Part shown: positions 25,302 through 37,178 of the stretch, one piece after another
Layout: the number at the start of each line of letters is the position of its first letter
How positions within the stretch are numbered: position 1 is the stretch's first letter
Source of the DNA: Amoeboaphelidium protococcarum X5
Taxonomy: Eukaryota; Fungi; Aphelidiomycota
Assembly: GCA_023515725.1 (NCBI GenBank)
Contig: JALDTO010000162.1
Coordinates: forward strand, 286,476-350,475
Reading direction: 5' to 3'
Length of the DNA stretch: 64,000 bases
The notes under the pieces: model-generated
Told to the model about the DNA's origin: nothing
What the model saw: only the letters and a program-made list of their open reading frames with translations
The model's database searches: none
Translations under genes and position numbers: made by a program

Positions 25302-25898
25302 TCATCTGTTACTCTTGGCAACACGCTCCAGCTCGTCCTTCTTCTTGATAGCATAAGAGTTGGAAGATCCCTTTGCAGCGTTGATCAATTCATCAGCCAG
25401 ACATTCTGCAATGGTCTTTACATTTCTGAAGGCAGCCTCGCGGGTACCAGTGGTCAGCAGAGCAATAGCCTGGTTGACACGACGCAGCGGAGACACGTCC
25501 ACAGCCTGACGACGGACAACACCAGCAGATCCGATACGTGTAGAGTCTTCTCTAGCTCCAGTGTTGATGATGGCATCAACCAGTATTTAAATAGGATTCT
25601 AATCAGTCAGCAGGTGAACAATCTCGAAAGCGTGCTTCACGATACGCAGAGCCAAAAGCTTCTTACCGTTATTACGGCCGTGCATCATCAGCGAGTTGGT
25701 GAGACGCTCCACAATAGGACACTGTGCCTTACGGAAACGCTTAACCTGGTAGCGGCCAGCGGTGTGTGGCAAATAGACAGGGTGGGTGACCTGAATGTAA
25801 TCAACTAATGCTAAATCTTTCACTTCCACATCATCAAAAGACCACTTGTTAAACAACTTTACTCCGTTCTCGTTGGTATATCCTTCCAATGCAGCCAT
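25302..25898 (-). CDS. RPS5: 40S ribosomal protein S5 (uS7)
   Basis: Near-invariant sequence; in-frame TAG 25599-25601 and TAA 25587-25589 ([12 protein letters not shown]). Confidence 0.99.
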
Positions 25899-26172
25899 TT
25901 TGACGCGTATTTTATTAAATCTTAGTGCACCTTAAGGAAATGCTATTTAAGTGACCTAAATGATTTTAGCTGGAAGAAAAATCGAAATTTTGAAATTTTG
26001 TTGATTAACCGACCGAAGGCGCGCGCGTTGATAGTGGAAAAAGTTCCTCATCGCACACAACTGGCATGCGAGCATTGGTGATAGATGGCCAATTAAAAAT
26101 TAACCTCATAAGAATAGATGGTAGAGGATATTAGCGTAATATTGCGTAAATTTAATATAGCTGTGTTAATAT

Positions 26173-27795
26173 TCAACCGTATCTAAATTCATACTGAAAG
26201 CCACCAAAAGGGTTACCATTACCGCCACCACCGCCTTATTACTATTGGAAGAAGAATGGCATTCCATGACCACCGCCAAATGGATTCTAATGATGTTAGT
26301 GATGTTAATGACCACCAGTAGGATCATTAGGATCGTCACCATTATCATATCGTGTCTTCAATTCTTCATTACTCAAAACCTCGTAAGCCTGATTCACTTC
26401 AGCCATCTTCTTTTCAGCTGAAGACTTATCATCCCCCTTGTGCTTGTCTGGATGAAATTCTTTAGCCTTGGCTCGGTAAGCCTTCTTGATCTATTGCGTG
26501 GTGGCATCGCGAGCAACGCCCAGTATCTTGTAATAATCTTTTCTGGACGCATTCATCTTCAATCGCTAGCTCTTGTTCAAACCATCATGAATTCTCTGAG
26601 CTTGTGGAGATTATTGCTAGCCAACCAATTCTTAAGCCTTGCTAAAGTCTCGGATGGCGCCATCATAGTCTTCATCCGACATTTGCGCTTCTGCTCGATT
26701 AACCAGAGCTTCCAAATTATTTGGATCTAAATCCAACACTTTGGAGCACCAAGTCACTGCATCAGTGCTCTTTTTCAACTTTCCATAAATATCACAAACC
26801 AAAGAGTACACAGACTAGCGGAACTGGCCACCAATGTTCAATTCTTCCAATGCCGCGATAACACCCTTGGATCCTTCTTAATCAACATCCAGGCAATCTT
26901 GGCTGATAGCATCACGCAATTTACCAATCTTGGCCTGCTATTCAGATTTTTCAAACAACTTTTTCACCTTTTTGATCTTCCTGAATGCTTTGCTGCACTA
27001 TTTATGCTCAGGATCCAGGTGCAGACACATTTTTAGAGAATTCAGCGACTATTCCACATCTCCCATCCTCAAGTGAAGACTATGCAATTTGATCATGGCA
27101 GGAATATTATCAGCCTTAATAACAATGGCTCTGCTGTAATCACCAATAGCCAGTGGAAAATCATTCTTCTTCTCGTAAGCCTCAGCTCGTAGTAATCTAA
27201 ACTCTAAATTATTTGGACATGTCTAGAATATGTCGCTAAGTACTTCAATCATCTAATCAGTATTAGAGTCGCCACCATTCTTCTACAAGGATCTCAGCTA
27301 GGAAATCTTTTACTCAACACCTTGAATCTCCTGCAATAATTCGGCTCTTTCGCCAACAGAGTCACCCAAGTGCTCAGCATCAGCTAGAGCATGATCAATA
27401 TCGCAGGTTCTTAATCTCAACTTGGCTCTCTACAACAACGCCTAATCAAAGTCTGGATTAATCCGGAGCACCTCATCCAAGTCTCGCTCAGCAGCTTAGA
27501 CTCGCTTCAAACTCAACAGAATAGCCGCCCGCTTGTACCGAGTGAGGTAACTATTAGGCTCAAGATCGACAGCCTGGTCATAAAGCTTAAGTGCTTGGGT
27601 GGCATCTCCAGAGCTAAGTAGATTCTTGGCCTCATCCATCAATTACTCTGCAGACTTGACGTTGCTATCGAATACCATTTAATCGGCAAAGACGGCATGA
27701 CTTATTGAGACTATCAGCGCTATGGATAGAATAACATGCTTAATAAAAGGACGCTTGTATCCAAAATGAAGAGGTTAGAGTATAGTTTCAACCAT
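26173..27795 (-). CDS. DNAJC3: ER TPR/J-domain co-chaperone DNAJC3 (P58IPK), 540 aa
   Basis: Signal peptide, TPR repeats, KDYYKILG...HPDK J domain, RYDNGDDP, G/F-rich tail. Confidence 0.92.
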
Positions 27796-28135
27796 CTGGA
27801 ATATTTAATAAATGTAAAAACTGTGACAATTGTCAGGTGAAATGACAAGCACAGAAATGCGCAGAAATAAAAGGAAATTCGTCGCCGTCGGCCTGATCCG
27901 ATCAAATTCGTTCACAAATGCCTAGCTGAAACGCGATTGGCGATAACTATTGTTGGCTGATCCATCACTGTGCAGATGAATGACAGTCACGCAAACATCA
28001 CCTCGTGAATACTGGCAGAAGTTCTAGATTTTGTTCATTTAGTATGCATTTCAAATTATCTAATAATTTAAATAATTTATTCGTCATATTTTAATTAAAT
28101 AGCACGTATTCTCACTCACAGAATAACACGTTGTT

Positions 28136-29089
28136 TCAGCCTTGAGAAGTCGCGTCGAGCAGGGATTTCCAGTACAGCTCATGATCATATTTAAAATCGA
28201 AATCGCCTCGGAATTCAGCTTCAAGTGTGTCTTTATCTACATAGTTTAATATGTTGGCCCAGATTGATGTACTCTCTTATTCGGGGGAAATCTTCTCCAT
28301 CTGTGATACTTGAACAAATCGAATCTTGCTCTTAGTAACTGGATGGATGAACGGACTGATCAACTTGTAAAACATCGAAAAATACCATGGAGCATCGCAA
28401 GCAAACATAACGCCCAAACGCTCTGGATAGTGAGTGGCAAATAGGTGCAAGAAATGTTTCGCCACATGCATCGGTACAGAATTAGACGCAGAGTACTTGC
28501 TAAAGTCAAAAATGAGTACCAACTTCTCTGCTCCCTGTCCAGCCTGATCCATCAATTGAATTGCCTTCTCAGTCTGAAATAGCAAATGTCTAATGTTCAT
28601 TGCGTGATCACTACTACTTTCCAAGTGGTTTCTGAGATAGAGAATGCATCGACCCTCTTTATCAAAACCATTGAGATACACTTTACCACAAGAAGCATTT
28701 TCATACACCTACTCCGGTCTAATCAAGTGTGGGCGATAATGTTTTCTCCACTGTAAAGTTAAAACAAGACAGCGGTATGCATATTCAACTTGCCAGTTGT
28801 TAGCGCGCAGGTATCTTAACAGACAGGCACCATTGCAGAAATCTCTAAAATACGACTACCAGTATTCATCATCAACATCCGCGGTGTCTTCGATGTAAAC
28901 ATCAAACTCTTTGTTACGGACACGGTCGTCAATTGGCTCATTGAAAGCAGCCTTCCATGGCTCCATTGCTCGGAATTACTCCAACTTGCTCAACTCTTCA
29001 TTGTCCAATATTTTAGATTCAACAAAGACTGGTACTTAGTTCTCCCAACATTAGAGAATTGGAATAGAAGTCGTACTTTCAACCGTCAT
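28136..29089 (-). CDS. CRAL-TRIO (Sec14/Pdr16-like) lipid transfer protein, 317 aa
   Basis: CLLRYLRA..W, GKVYLNGFDKEGR, HYPERLG, PFIHPVTKSKI. Confidence 0.93.
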
Positions 29090-29299
29090 ATTCAATGCCG
29101 CAATGACTGTAAGTTTGCGCTATTGTTATGAAGATTGTTGAATCGATTGTAAGAGAGACTGAACAATAAGAGAGAGCTGAAACGGCAACGTGACGTTAGC
29201 GAGGCATTTTAACAAAGGATTACGCGATAATTTTAATCAATAAAGAATACTGAAGATATCAAATATTAAAAAATCAACATTAATTATATAGTACCACAT

Positions 29300-32200
29300 T
29301 CAATTGGTATCATCATCGGAATTCTCTTCTTCTCTGGGTTCACTGGCAAGACTCTTCTCGTAGAATGCCTTCTCATCGAGCCACCCGTTAGCTCCCAAAT
29401 TCTTGACCATCTCACTAATAGCTGGCACCTCTACTATATTAAACCTGTACTGCTAGTACTTTAGCATATCATCAATTATATTAGATGTTTTCCTTCTCTT
29501 CTCGTAATTAATAAAATTAGATTCCGGCAGATAGTCAGGATTACCCAAGTCTACGAATGACAAGTCTGTGAGCAGGACACCAAGGAACGGGACCAGAGGA
29601 GGCTACGAGGCTTTCAATTTGGCACGATATTGCGCGTACTAACCTTTGGCACTGACAATCTCAGACAATTCGTTATACATATCACTAATCTTAGAGTATT
29701 ACTTGCGAAATAATTTCCAAGTCTTGGACATTCTATACACAGGTCCTTGAGAGAGTGCAGCAACGATGGAGGTCAGTGAGTTGAAATTGTTCAATTCCAA
29801 ACAAGCCTGTGCAATCTAAATCACATATTTTATAATTTAAACGCGCGTCTTGATGTCTGCAGTGGTGACAATTAGAGTCACAACCCAAAAAGTCAAATCA
29901 TTGGTATTCCTAATCATCTTTGTGACATTAGGACTCATGACTGATTTGTCCTTTTTCTCCCACGCAAGATTTATCAACTCTTTTGGTTGAACTTCACTCA
30001 GGGCCGCAGAATCCAGCAGAGTCAATTAACGTGCAATTTCAATAGGATCAAGCTCAAGAAATCCAAATTATCCAGAATTCAATATAGATCCAACATCCGA
30101 TAATGAAACATTTTTCGGCAGTAACGGCTTCGGTGGATTGACCAGAGTGCTTTCATTTAATATTACGCGCTATGGCTTCAGAGAAGAAAGTCCATTACGG
30201 AGCAGATCCAACAGTTGAGATGCCGCCTCACCAAAATCGAGACAAATCTTACTCTCCACGAACGCAATGCTCTTATCCAAAAAATCTTTACTCCTTAAGA
30301 AATCCTGCGGATACTTGTTCGCCCAGATCTTCAATAAATTCAAAATCCTCAGTCTGATAGGAACAATCTTCTTATTGACATAAATCTCAAAACTTCTCTG
30401 GTCCAGCCCATAGGTTGGCGATATATCATATCTCTTGATCAGCAAATCCAGTAGATCAACTGCCGAAGTGAACGAACTGAAGTTTAACAGAAAAATGTTT
30501 CGATACTCATTGTCAGGCAGGTTGTGATCAACAAGTCGATCAACCAGCTTTGGCAATTTCCCGCCCTTTATAATACTTTTACCATCCTTCACCTCAAATA
30601 GAAGACCATCTTCAGAATCTTCAAGGAGTTTCTTCTCATACTCTGACAACTCTTATTGAGTCAAATCTTCATCACTTTTCAATGACGCCAACGCCAACTT
30701 CTCCCACTGATTAAACAGATTACGAACATTCTGATTCTAAACCCAATCCTTCATAAAAGATTCCATTTTAGTACGTTCTTCACTTTCAGTCTATCTGATG
30801 ATGTTACACGCCAGTTTGACATATGACACCAATTCTTTAACTTTCTCAATGACCGGCTTTGTGGACATCAACATATCCGTGGCAGCATTTTGAGGAGGCC
30901 AAATACCACTAGCTAGCTTTGCATTCAAGATAATCTGGTCAGATAGCATTAAAATGCTTGTTTGAAAGTCACGCAACATAATTTGGAACGGAGTTCTACT
31001 TACTTCAGGATTAACAATAAAAGACATGGAGACATCACGGAACAGATAATAGGGACGGACTTCATCAATTAAACCATCACACTTGGTGTAAGCAGCAGAG
31101 GCATGGACAACGTATTCACTCTTTAGATCCTGGTCTTTGGCCGCCTTGAGCTTCTGGACACATTAAACAAACTACCTGACCCAGTTATCGATTGAACTGA
31201 AAAAAGCTTGATCTTGCGGATTTTAAGTGGCACCAATTGCCGGAAGAGGAGAGGTGGGCGGCACCGGCATTGAGCGTGAATCTGTTGACACTTAAGTAGG
31301 CGAGTTTACAGTCTTTTAAGCAACAATCTAATCTAAAATCTTAGACTCTGCCTAGCGCTAATAATCTGAGTAACTCATTCCTCTAACTTTGTTCTCTGTG
31401 TTCATATTCTTAATGGGGGGCTATGCTTAGACTTCGCCAGTGACTTTATACTCGCTCAGATTAAAACTTTAAATCGGCCAATGTCCAGAAGCATTGCAAA
31501 GACCCACCAATTTGAAAGAACACTGACTAACAGCTAGCGCAGACTAAATCATATTTTTGACAGCGTCGACTGGAGGCCAAGCACCAACGGCGATTCTTGT
31601 GCTTAACAGCATCTGCTTTAAATGGTCATTCCTCAGCTGCTTACAAAGTTCCCTGATTTTAATGTGAAGACAAGTTGACTTGAATAAACTATACTGGACC
31701 TTTCCCTTTTCGTCAAGATCCTTCTTATCAAGCCAAGTCTCAATTTAACGAATCAATTCACTGCCTTCCGACACTGCCTTTCCAGAAATGACCACATACT
31801 CAGCTTTATTAGCTTCATTACTAGCTTTAATCAGAGAAAGCACTTCTTTCAAATGCAAATACAGCTATCTATTCAAAATTGATCCAACAGGATGGAACAT
31901 TTTAACAATCACGGTGCAAACATCAGAGTATTCACCAGCGACTTTGAAATCTAATAATTGACTGACTTCATCTATAAGAGGGGCAACTAGTGGTTTGCAA
32001 GTCGCGCTACCAGCAGAGAACAAAGACAATGTATTCAACTATTTTCCGACTTCTTTGTAATCTTCATCGTCTGTTCCAGATTTAATTTGTTGAAACAGAG
32101 ATTAGAATGGAGAGTCTGCTTACAAAGCACCAGTACTTTACAATGACCGATCTGACAGCCCCACAAAGTTTAATACAATAGTATTTAATTGCTGCGCCGT

Positions 32201-33265
32201 AATCGACACTTTCGATTAGCCAGAGATTCTTATAATCTCCTTTGCTATATCACCTGCACCAATGAGCATGGCTACATTCAAAGCATCCAAGTTCCCAGCT
32301 TTCTATTGAGGATTACATCCAATTTGAAGAAGAAACTAAACAAGTTTAAGACAATTGGAATAAGTAGCAGCAATTATAGGCGTCAAACTGCAGCTGCCAC
32401 TATTGTTAACTTTTCCATATTCCTTATTGAGATGCTAAATCAAAACGCTGGAGCCCACTTTCTACTAAGCCATCTGAATAATGTATGCCACAGACTCAAC
32501 ATGACCACCAAGACATGCCCATACTAAAGCATTATACCCATGTATATCTGTCAATTCTAATGAATCCGCACCTTTTTACATCAAATAAGCAACCACCTTC
32601 AATTGTCCTTTATTGGCAGCTTTCATCAATGACGTTTGCCCATAAGCATCAGATGTATCTATATCCATATTACCAGTCTCAATAACACGACTAAACTAAG
32701 ATAGACCAATAAATGCCCCATTCGTAACATCTGAGCCATAATATGATGGTTCCCGAATCCTCACTGTGCCGAGAGAAGAAGCAGAGCCACCACTCTATTT
32801 CCTTTTCTCATTGACCATAAGCAACGATAGCTTCTGATCAGCTAAACACAAAATATTATCGGCTCTTTCAAATTGTGACTACTTATCATCGAGCCATTCC
32901 AGAGCTCCATGTCTCAAAAGACAATTATAAGCTGATTTGAACTCCATCAGCTTGGCCAATTTCAAAGGGGAACAGCCACCGAGATTGCAGACATTAGGAT
33001 TCGCACCTTTGAGCAGGAGAACTTACAAAAAATTAAAATCCTGCTGTTATATAGCCAAATGAAGTAAAGTATTACCAAATTCATCCAGTCTACTATCGAT
33101 GTCTATGAGCTTCTTGCCAGAAGTTGAAGCAGAATTAAACTGAATCAACAACTCTTACACAGTTCTAGAGTTGACAGAGTTGTTGGATAGTGCGTCTACT
33201 AACTGACGCTTCTTGTCTTTATCAATTTGAATATACTATGGACCAAATTTGATAGTGGCAGGCAT
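29300..33265 (-). CDS. Ankyrin-repeat RasGEF (REM + Cdc25 domain), about 1321 aa
   Basis: N-terminal ankyrin repeats (GNTLLHLA, GANPN); REM IKGGKLPKLVDRL; GEF motifs EIARQLTL, LNNFNS, PLVPFLGVLLTDL, INYEKR. Confidence 0.9.
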
Positions 33266-33436
33266 ATCTTGCTATTCCGAATAAATTTATATTTGTATGT
33301 AGTGTAAGATTGTTTTAGAGAAGACAATATGAAAGATGCTCAGAAAAAGTGAAACAAAAACAAAAGAAACGGTTCGAAATCGGATCTGAAACAAAAGAGC
33401 TCAGTTGCGCATCCGTCTCATGTTTCATCATCTTGA

Positions 33437-34159
33437 TCATAAATTGATGACAATTTTCTTAAGAACATCCACATCCTTGTTATAATGATATTGCAACATT
33501 TCCTATGAGAATCTATATCGCCGCCATGCAGAATCCATTTACTCAATCTGAAGACGAATAGAGAGAGGATCTTTGAAATCACTAATCATGCGCACCTCAT
33601 CCAACTTTTACTAAACTGATTTGATCTCGCTAACATAAGGAGATATTCTGCTATATTACTCGCTGAGAGCATATTCAACTATGATAGCGCGTAAACTTAT
33701 CCACGGCCCATACGTGGGGTGAACACAAAGATGAGAAGTGGGGTGGAGGTAGGCGAGTCCAGTCGCCTAAGCAAGTCTCTGGAACGGAACATACTCGAAT
33801 TAATTATCTACAGTACGGTATTTCTTGTGACTAAATGCAGTTTGTTTTAAATGTTAAGCATCTAAATCTTGCTGTAAATTGAACTCTATAGACTAGTCAA
33901 AAGGATTCTTTTCAATCTGCAGATACCGGCAATTACTTGAGCATTACGATCTCAAATATTCGTCAAATCTTTACCAGTACGCGCAAGTATTGTACACAAG
34001 GTGGAGATTCAATGTCTTGTTAGAAGATAGCAATTGATTAAAGACTGTAAAACGTCCAATTAGTTACTTGATAGATCTATATTCTTAAGTCTACGGTACG
34101 ACAGTCACAGAGTGTGTCAGCAAGTGGTGTTGTTTTAATTTAAGTATAGCACGATGCGT
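33437..34159 (-). CDS. MMACHC/CblC-like cobalamin-processing protein; no in-frame ATG at the N-terminus
   Basis: LVYNT..W, NPFDQ, FQRLAQATGLAY, LCVHPTYGPWISLRAII, RFSQEMLQYHY; the frame opens at ACG 34157-34159 after a TGA. Confidence 0.75.
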
Positions 34160-34561
34160 TCAAAATCGTTTTCAATCCAAGATATTCTTCAACTAAAAAA
34201 ATGTTGAGGAACGGATTGCTCGCTAAAGCCTTTATTTCAACCTATTTGGAACAGCTTAAGAATACTGCGCGTGTGGTGAAGGAAAATACCGAAGGGTTCT
34301 TGATATAAAGCATGAAGAAGTGATATAAAGATTCTTGCACTTGGTTACAAGATTGATCACTCTATACAACACGCTGAAGCGGTCATGATGGACCTAAACT
34401 TTATTGTAATTTTATGGAGTTCAAAGAAACGAGTGAACTTTCTACGGGTGTAGAATCCTCTTGGAAAGTTGTTGGCTCAATAGGAGCTGTTTTCGTTGGT
34501 CAAGCTTGTCCATGTTTGGTTTTTCAAGTTTGATATATTGATTTCTGGGCGAATAAAAAAG

Positions 34562-34828
34562 ATGGAAGACCAAATCTATGAAATATCCCAGAAATACGAG
34601 AATGATCTTCGTATTCTTATCGAGAATGACCGTCAGAGAGACACAAGGTTCAGAGCAGCAATTGTAGCTTTACTCTGGTCGCCCGAAATTGAATGGCTGG
34701 AAAAGCCACGCGACGGACTAAAGGTGTCTGATGAAGACTGGCTTGCGTTGGCTAATAACTTTTTGCAATCTAGGCTCAACTCTGCCTTGCGGAACTATTG
34801 CGACTTTTATAATGGTTTATATCAATGA
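34562..34828 (+). CDS. Small orphan protein (about 88 aa; start uncertain)
   Basis: A-rich context before ATG, helical-looking sequence MEDQIYEISQKYENDL..., TGA stop. Confidence 0.5.
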   Translation: MEDQIYEISQKYENDLRILIENDRQRDTRFRAAIVALLWSPEIEWLEKPRDGLKVSDEDWLALANNFLQSRLNSALRNYCDFYNGLYQ

Positions 34829-34967
34829 TTTAATGGACCATTAAAATTCATCGTCTGGCTCTTTTACTTTGTCTATCAGGCTCAATTATACCTTTGCTCT
34901 TTCTAATGCGGTAATCAGCGCGATAGATGATGTGTAAAGATTCATGTACTCAATTAAATGAAATTTA

Positions 34968-35404
34968 TCACAATTAGCCCTTGTCTTGATAAAGGCCCCC
35001 ATTTAACTAAATAAATGTGAGGATAATAGCCATTGTGACAATTGTAAATATCAATTTCCACCACAATATCGTCCCCTTCATCCTCATTACCTTCCATAAT
35101 CATTTCGATCAGTGCGTGATAGCAATACTCATCATCATTTGGCTCTATGCGATCTTTGACTCCTCTGCCTAGCCAGCCTACATATTTCACTTTTCTGTTC
35201 AATAATTAATTAATCTCATTTAGTGACATCGCAACTCCCCAACCCTCACAGCAATTCTTATAACTGTCTATAAAAAAACTCCATGGTTTGCAACGAGGTA
35301 GTTATCACGTAACCTTCGAATTCGCCTTCATTATCATGCCTTACGTCCACAACATACTCATCACCCGGTGCATAATATCTACTCTTATCAATAAACTCTG
35401 GCAT
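34968..35404 (-). pseudogene. Copy A of the CCE/HNGYY-motif gene, with two +1 frameshifts
   Basis: Aligns end to end with 35554-35970 after removing one T from the T7 run (35272-35278) and one base near 34991-35000. Confidence 0.75.
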
Positions 35405-35553
35405 TTGGGCGTGAATATACAGTATATGATGATTAATGTGATCTCTAATGTGTGAAACAGATTTCGCCGTGTTTTCAGAGTAAAAGAGTAAAAGCTTCAT
35501 AACCATGCAACTCATTAGATTAAGGGCCACGTGTTTTTATATCACGTTTTATT

Positions 35554-35970
35554 TCATAAGGTACCTTCATCTTCATATGATCCCCATTTGACATAATAAG
35601 AATGAGGATAAGCGCCATTATGACAATTGTGGATATCGATATCAACCACGATATCGTCCTCACCATCTCCTTCCAGAATCATCTCAACTAACGCGCTACG
35701 AGCATACTCTACATCGTCTTTGACTCCTCTGCCTAGCCAGCCTACATATTTTACTTTTCTGTTCAATAATTATTCATGAGCCAATGATAGATCAACTCCC
35801 CAGCTTTCAGTACTAAACTAGTAGTTATCAATCCTAAACTCCATGCTTTACAATGTGGTGGTGATCACGTAACCTTCCATTCCGTATTCCTCACCATCAC
35901 CATACCTGATATCTATAATGTACTCATCACCTGGCTAGTGGTATCTACTCTTATCAATAAACTCTGGCAT
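35554..35970 (-). CDS. Copy B, intact 138-aa acidic protein with NCHNGAYPH motif
   Basis: ATG 35970 to TGA 35554 open with TAR=Gln; tandem paralog of copy A. Confidence 0.85.
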
Positions 35971-36382
35971 TTTAATGGGAAGATACTAAATGTGATTTTT
36001 AATATGTGAAATCGGCTTTAAAATTTTGCACTTATTCAAGATGAGATTTCACGTCTGAAACTGAAATTAAACGATTGCCTTGTGTCAGCTTAACGTAAAC
36101 AATGTCTTAGCTAGCTGGTCGTTACAAACGGATTGAAGTCAATAAGAGGAATGAAAAAATTTGTAGACAAGATACACGTCAACGGGAAATGGTATTGAAA
36201 GTAATGATTGTTTATGCCAAATTCATTCAATTATCATTATTCAGGTAGATTGCGATTCGACTAAAAATTTCCATAGCGCAACTAACGCGCGTAGAGCAAC
36301 GCAATCAAAGGAAGTAAGCTCTGAGTTGCGGCACTCATTGCCGGCACCCAGTCACGTGAAGGATACTTTTCAAATCCATCCT

Positions 36383-36721
36383 TCAAGAAGAGTATTTCAA
36401 CAACAACTATAAATAGTATCTACGACCGGAAGTATATGGTTTCAAAACACTATTAAACTTTACCATTAAAATACTCAAACCACGCTGCCAGCTTAACGAG
36501 CGCTAACCATCGCGCACTTCATTTAACTGCGCACGTAAGTCTGCATTCTCTCTGCGCAATTCATTCATCTGTGCAATCAACTCTGCGATCTCTTGTCTTA
36601 AACGTTGCGATTCAGACATTATTTCACTCAATTGTTGATTGTTTACTGCTCCTTCGACCTGATGATTATTAATATTAGGGCCAGAGTTGACGCTAGCAGT
36701 TTCGCGCAGGTTGTCTGACAT
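36383..36721 (-). CDS. Small coiled-coil orphan protein (3' end uncertain)
   Basis: Heptad segment RLRQEIAELIAQMNELRRENADLRAQL; first in-frame TGA at 36383. Confidence 0.6.
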
Positions 36722-37178
36722 TTTCGATTACAATGTGATCGTGATATGGAGTCTTTAGCACTATAATCCTAGGAAATAAATATACAAGATGATTGCGCAT
36801 AAGGAAGTGCTCAAGTCAATGCAATCAAACATCAGAGTGATGACGTGGCTTGTATGTGATTGGCCATCAAATCGGAATTAAAATCGAATATACCCAATCA
36901 CTCTCAATGTTGGAGAAAATAACCCAAGCTAGATTCCTATCTGGAATCTCTGTGATTGGTTGACAAGGTTATTGACTTTGTGCTCTTTCAATCAGACGGC
37001 GTTGGTCGACTTGCATTAGATTATCGCAACGCTAATTTTCTGTTTCACTTGCACAGCTTTTGTGATTTGAAACAGCTTAATTAAATCAGTAGCTGTTTTT
37101 TAAAGAAATATTTAGTATAGTGGTCATTGTTCACTGACTTTTCTATTTATTACTGATTACTGTAAAGCTTTACTTATT

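Noticed and set aside
27954-28052. Possible H/ACA snoRNA (two weak hairpins and an ANANNA box)
   Set aside because: No properly placed ACA box and the pairing is weak
11416-33265. RasGAP and RasGEF as a functional gene cluster
   Set aside because: They are 13 kb apart and separated by unrelated genes; likely coincidence
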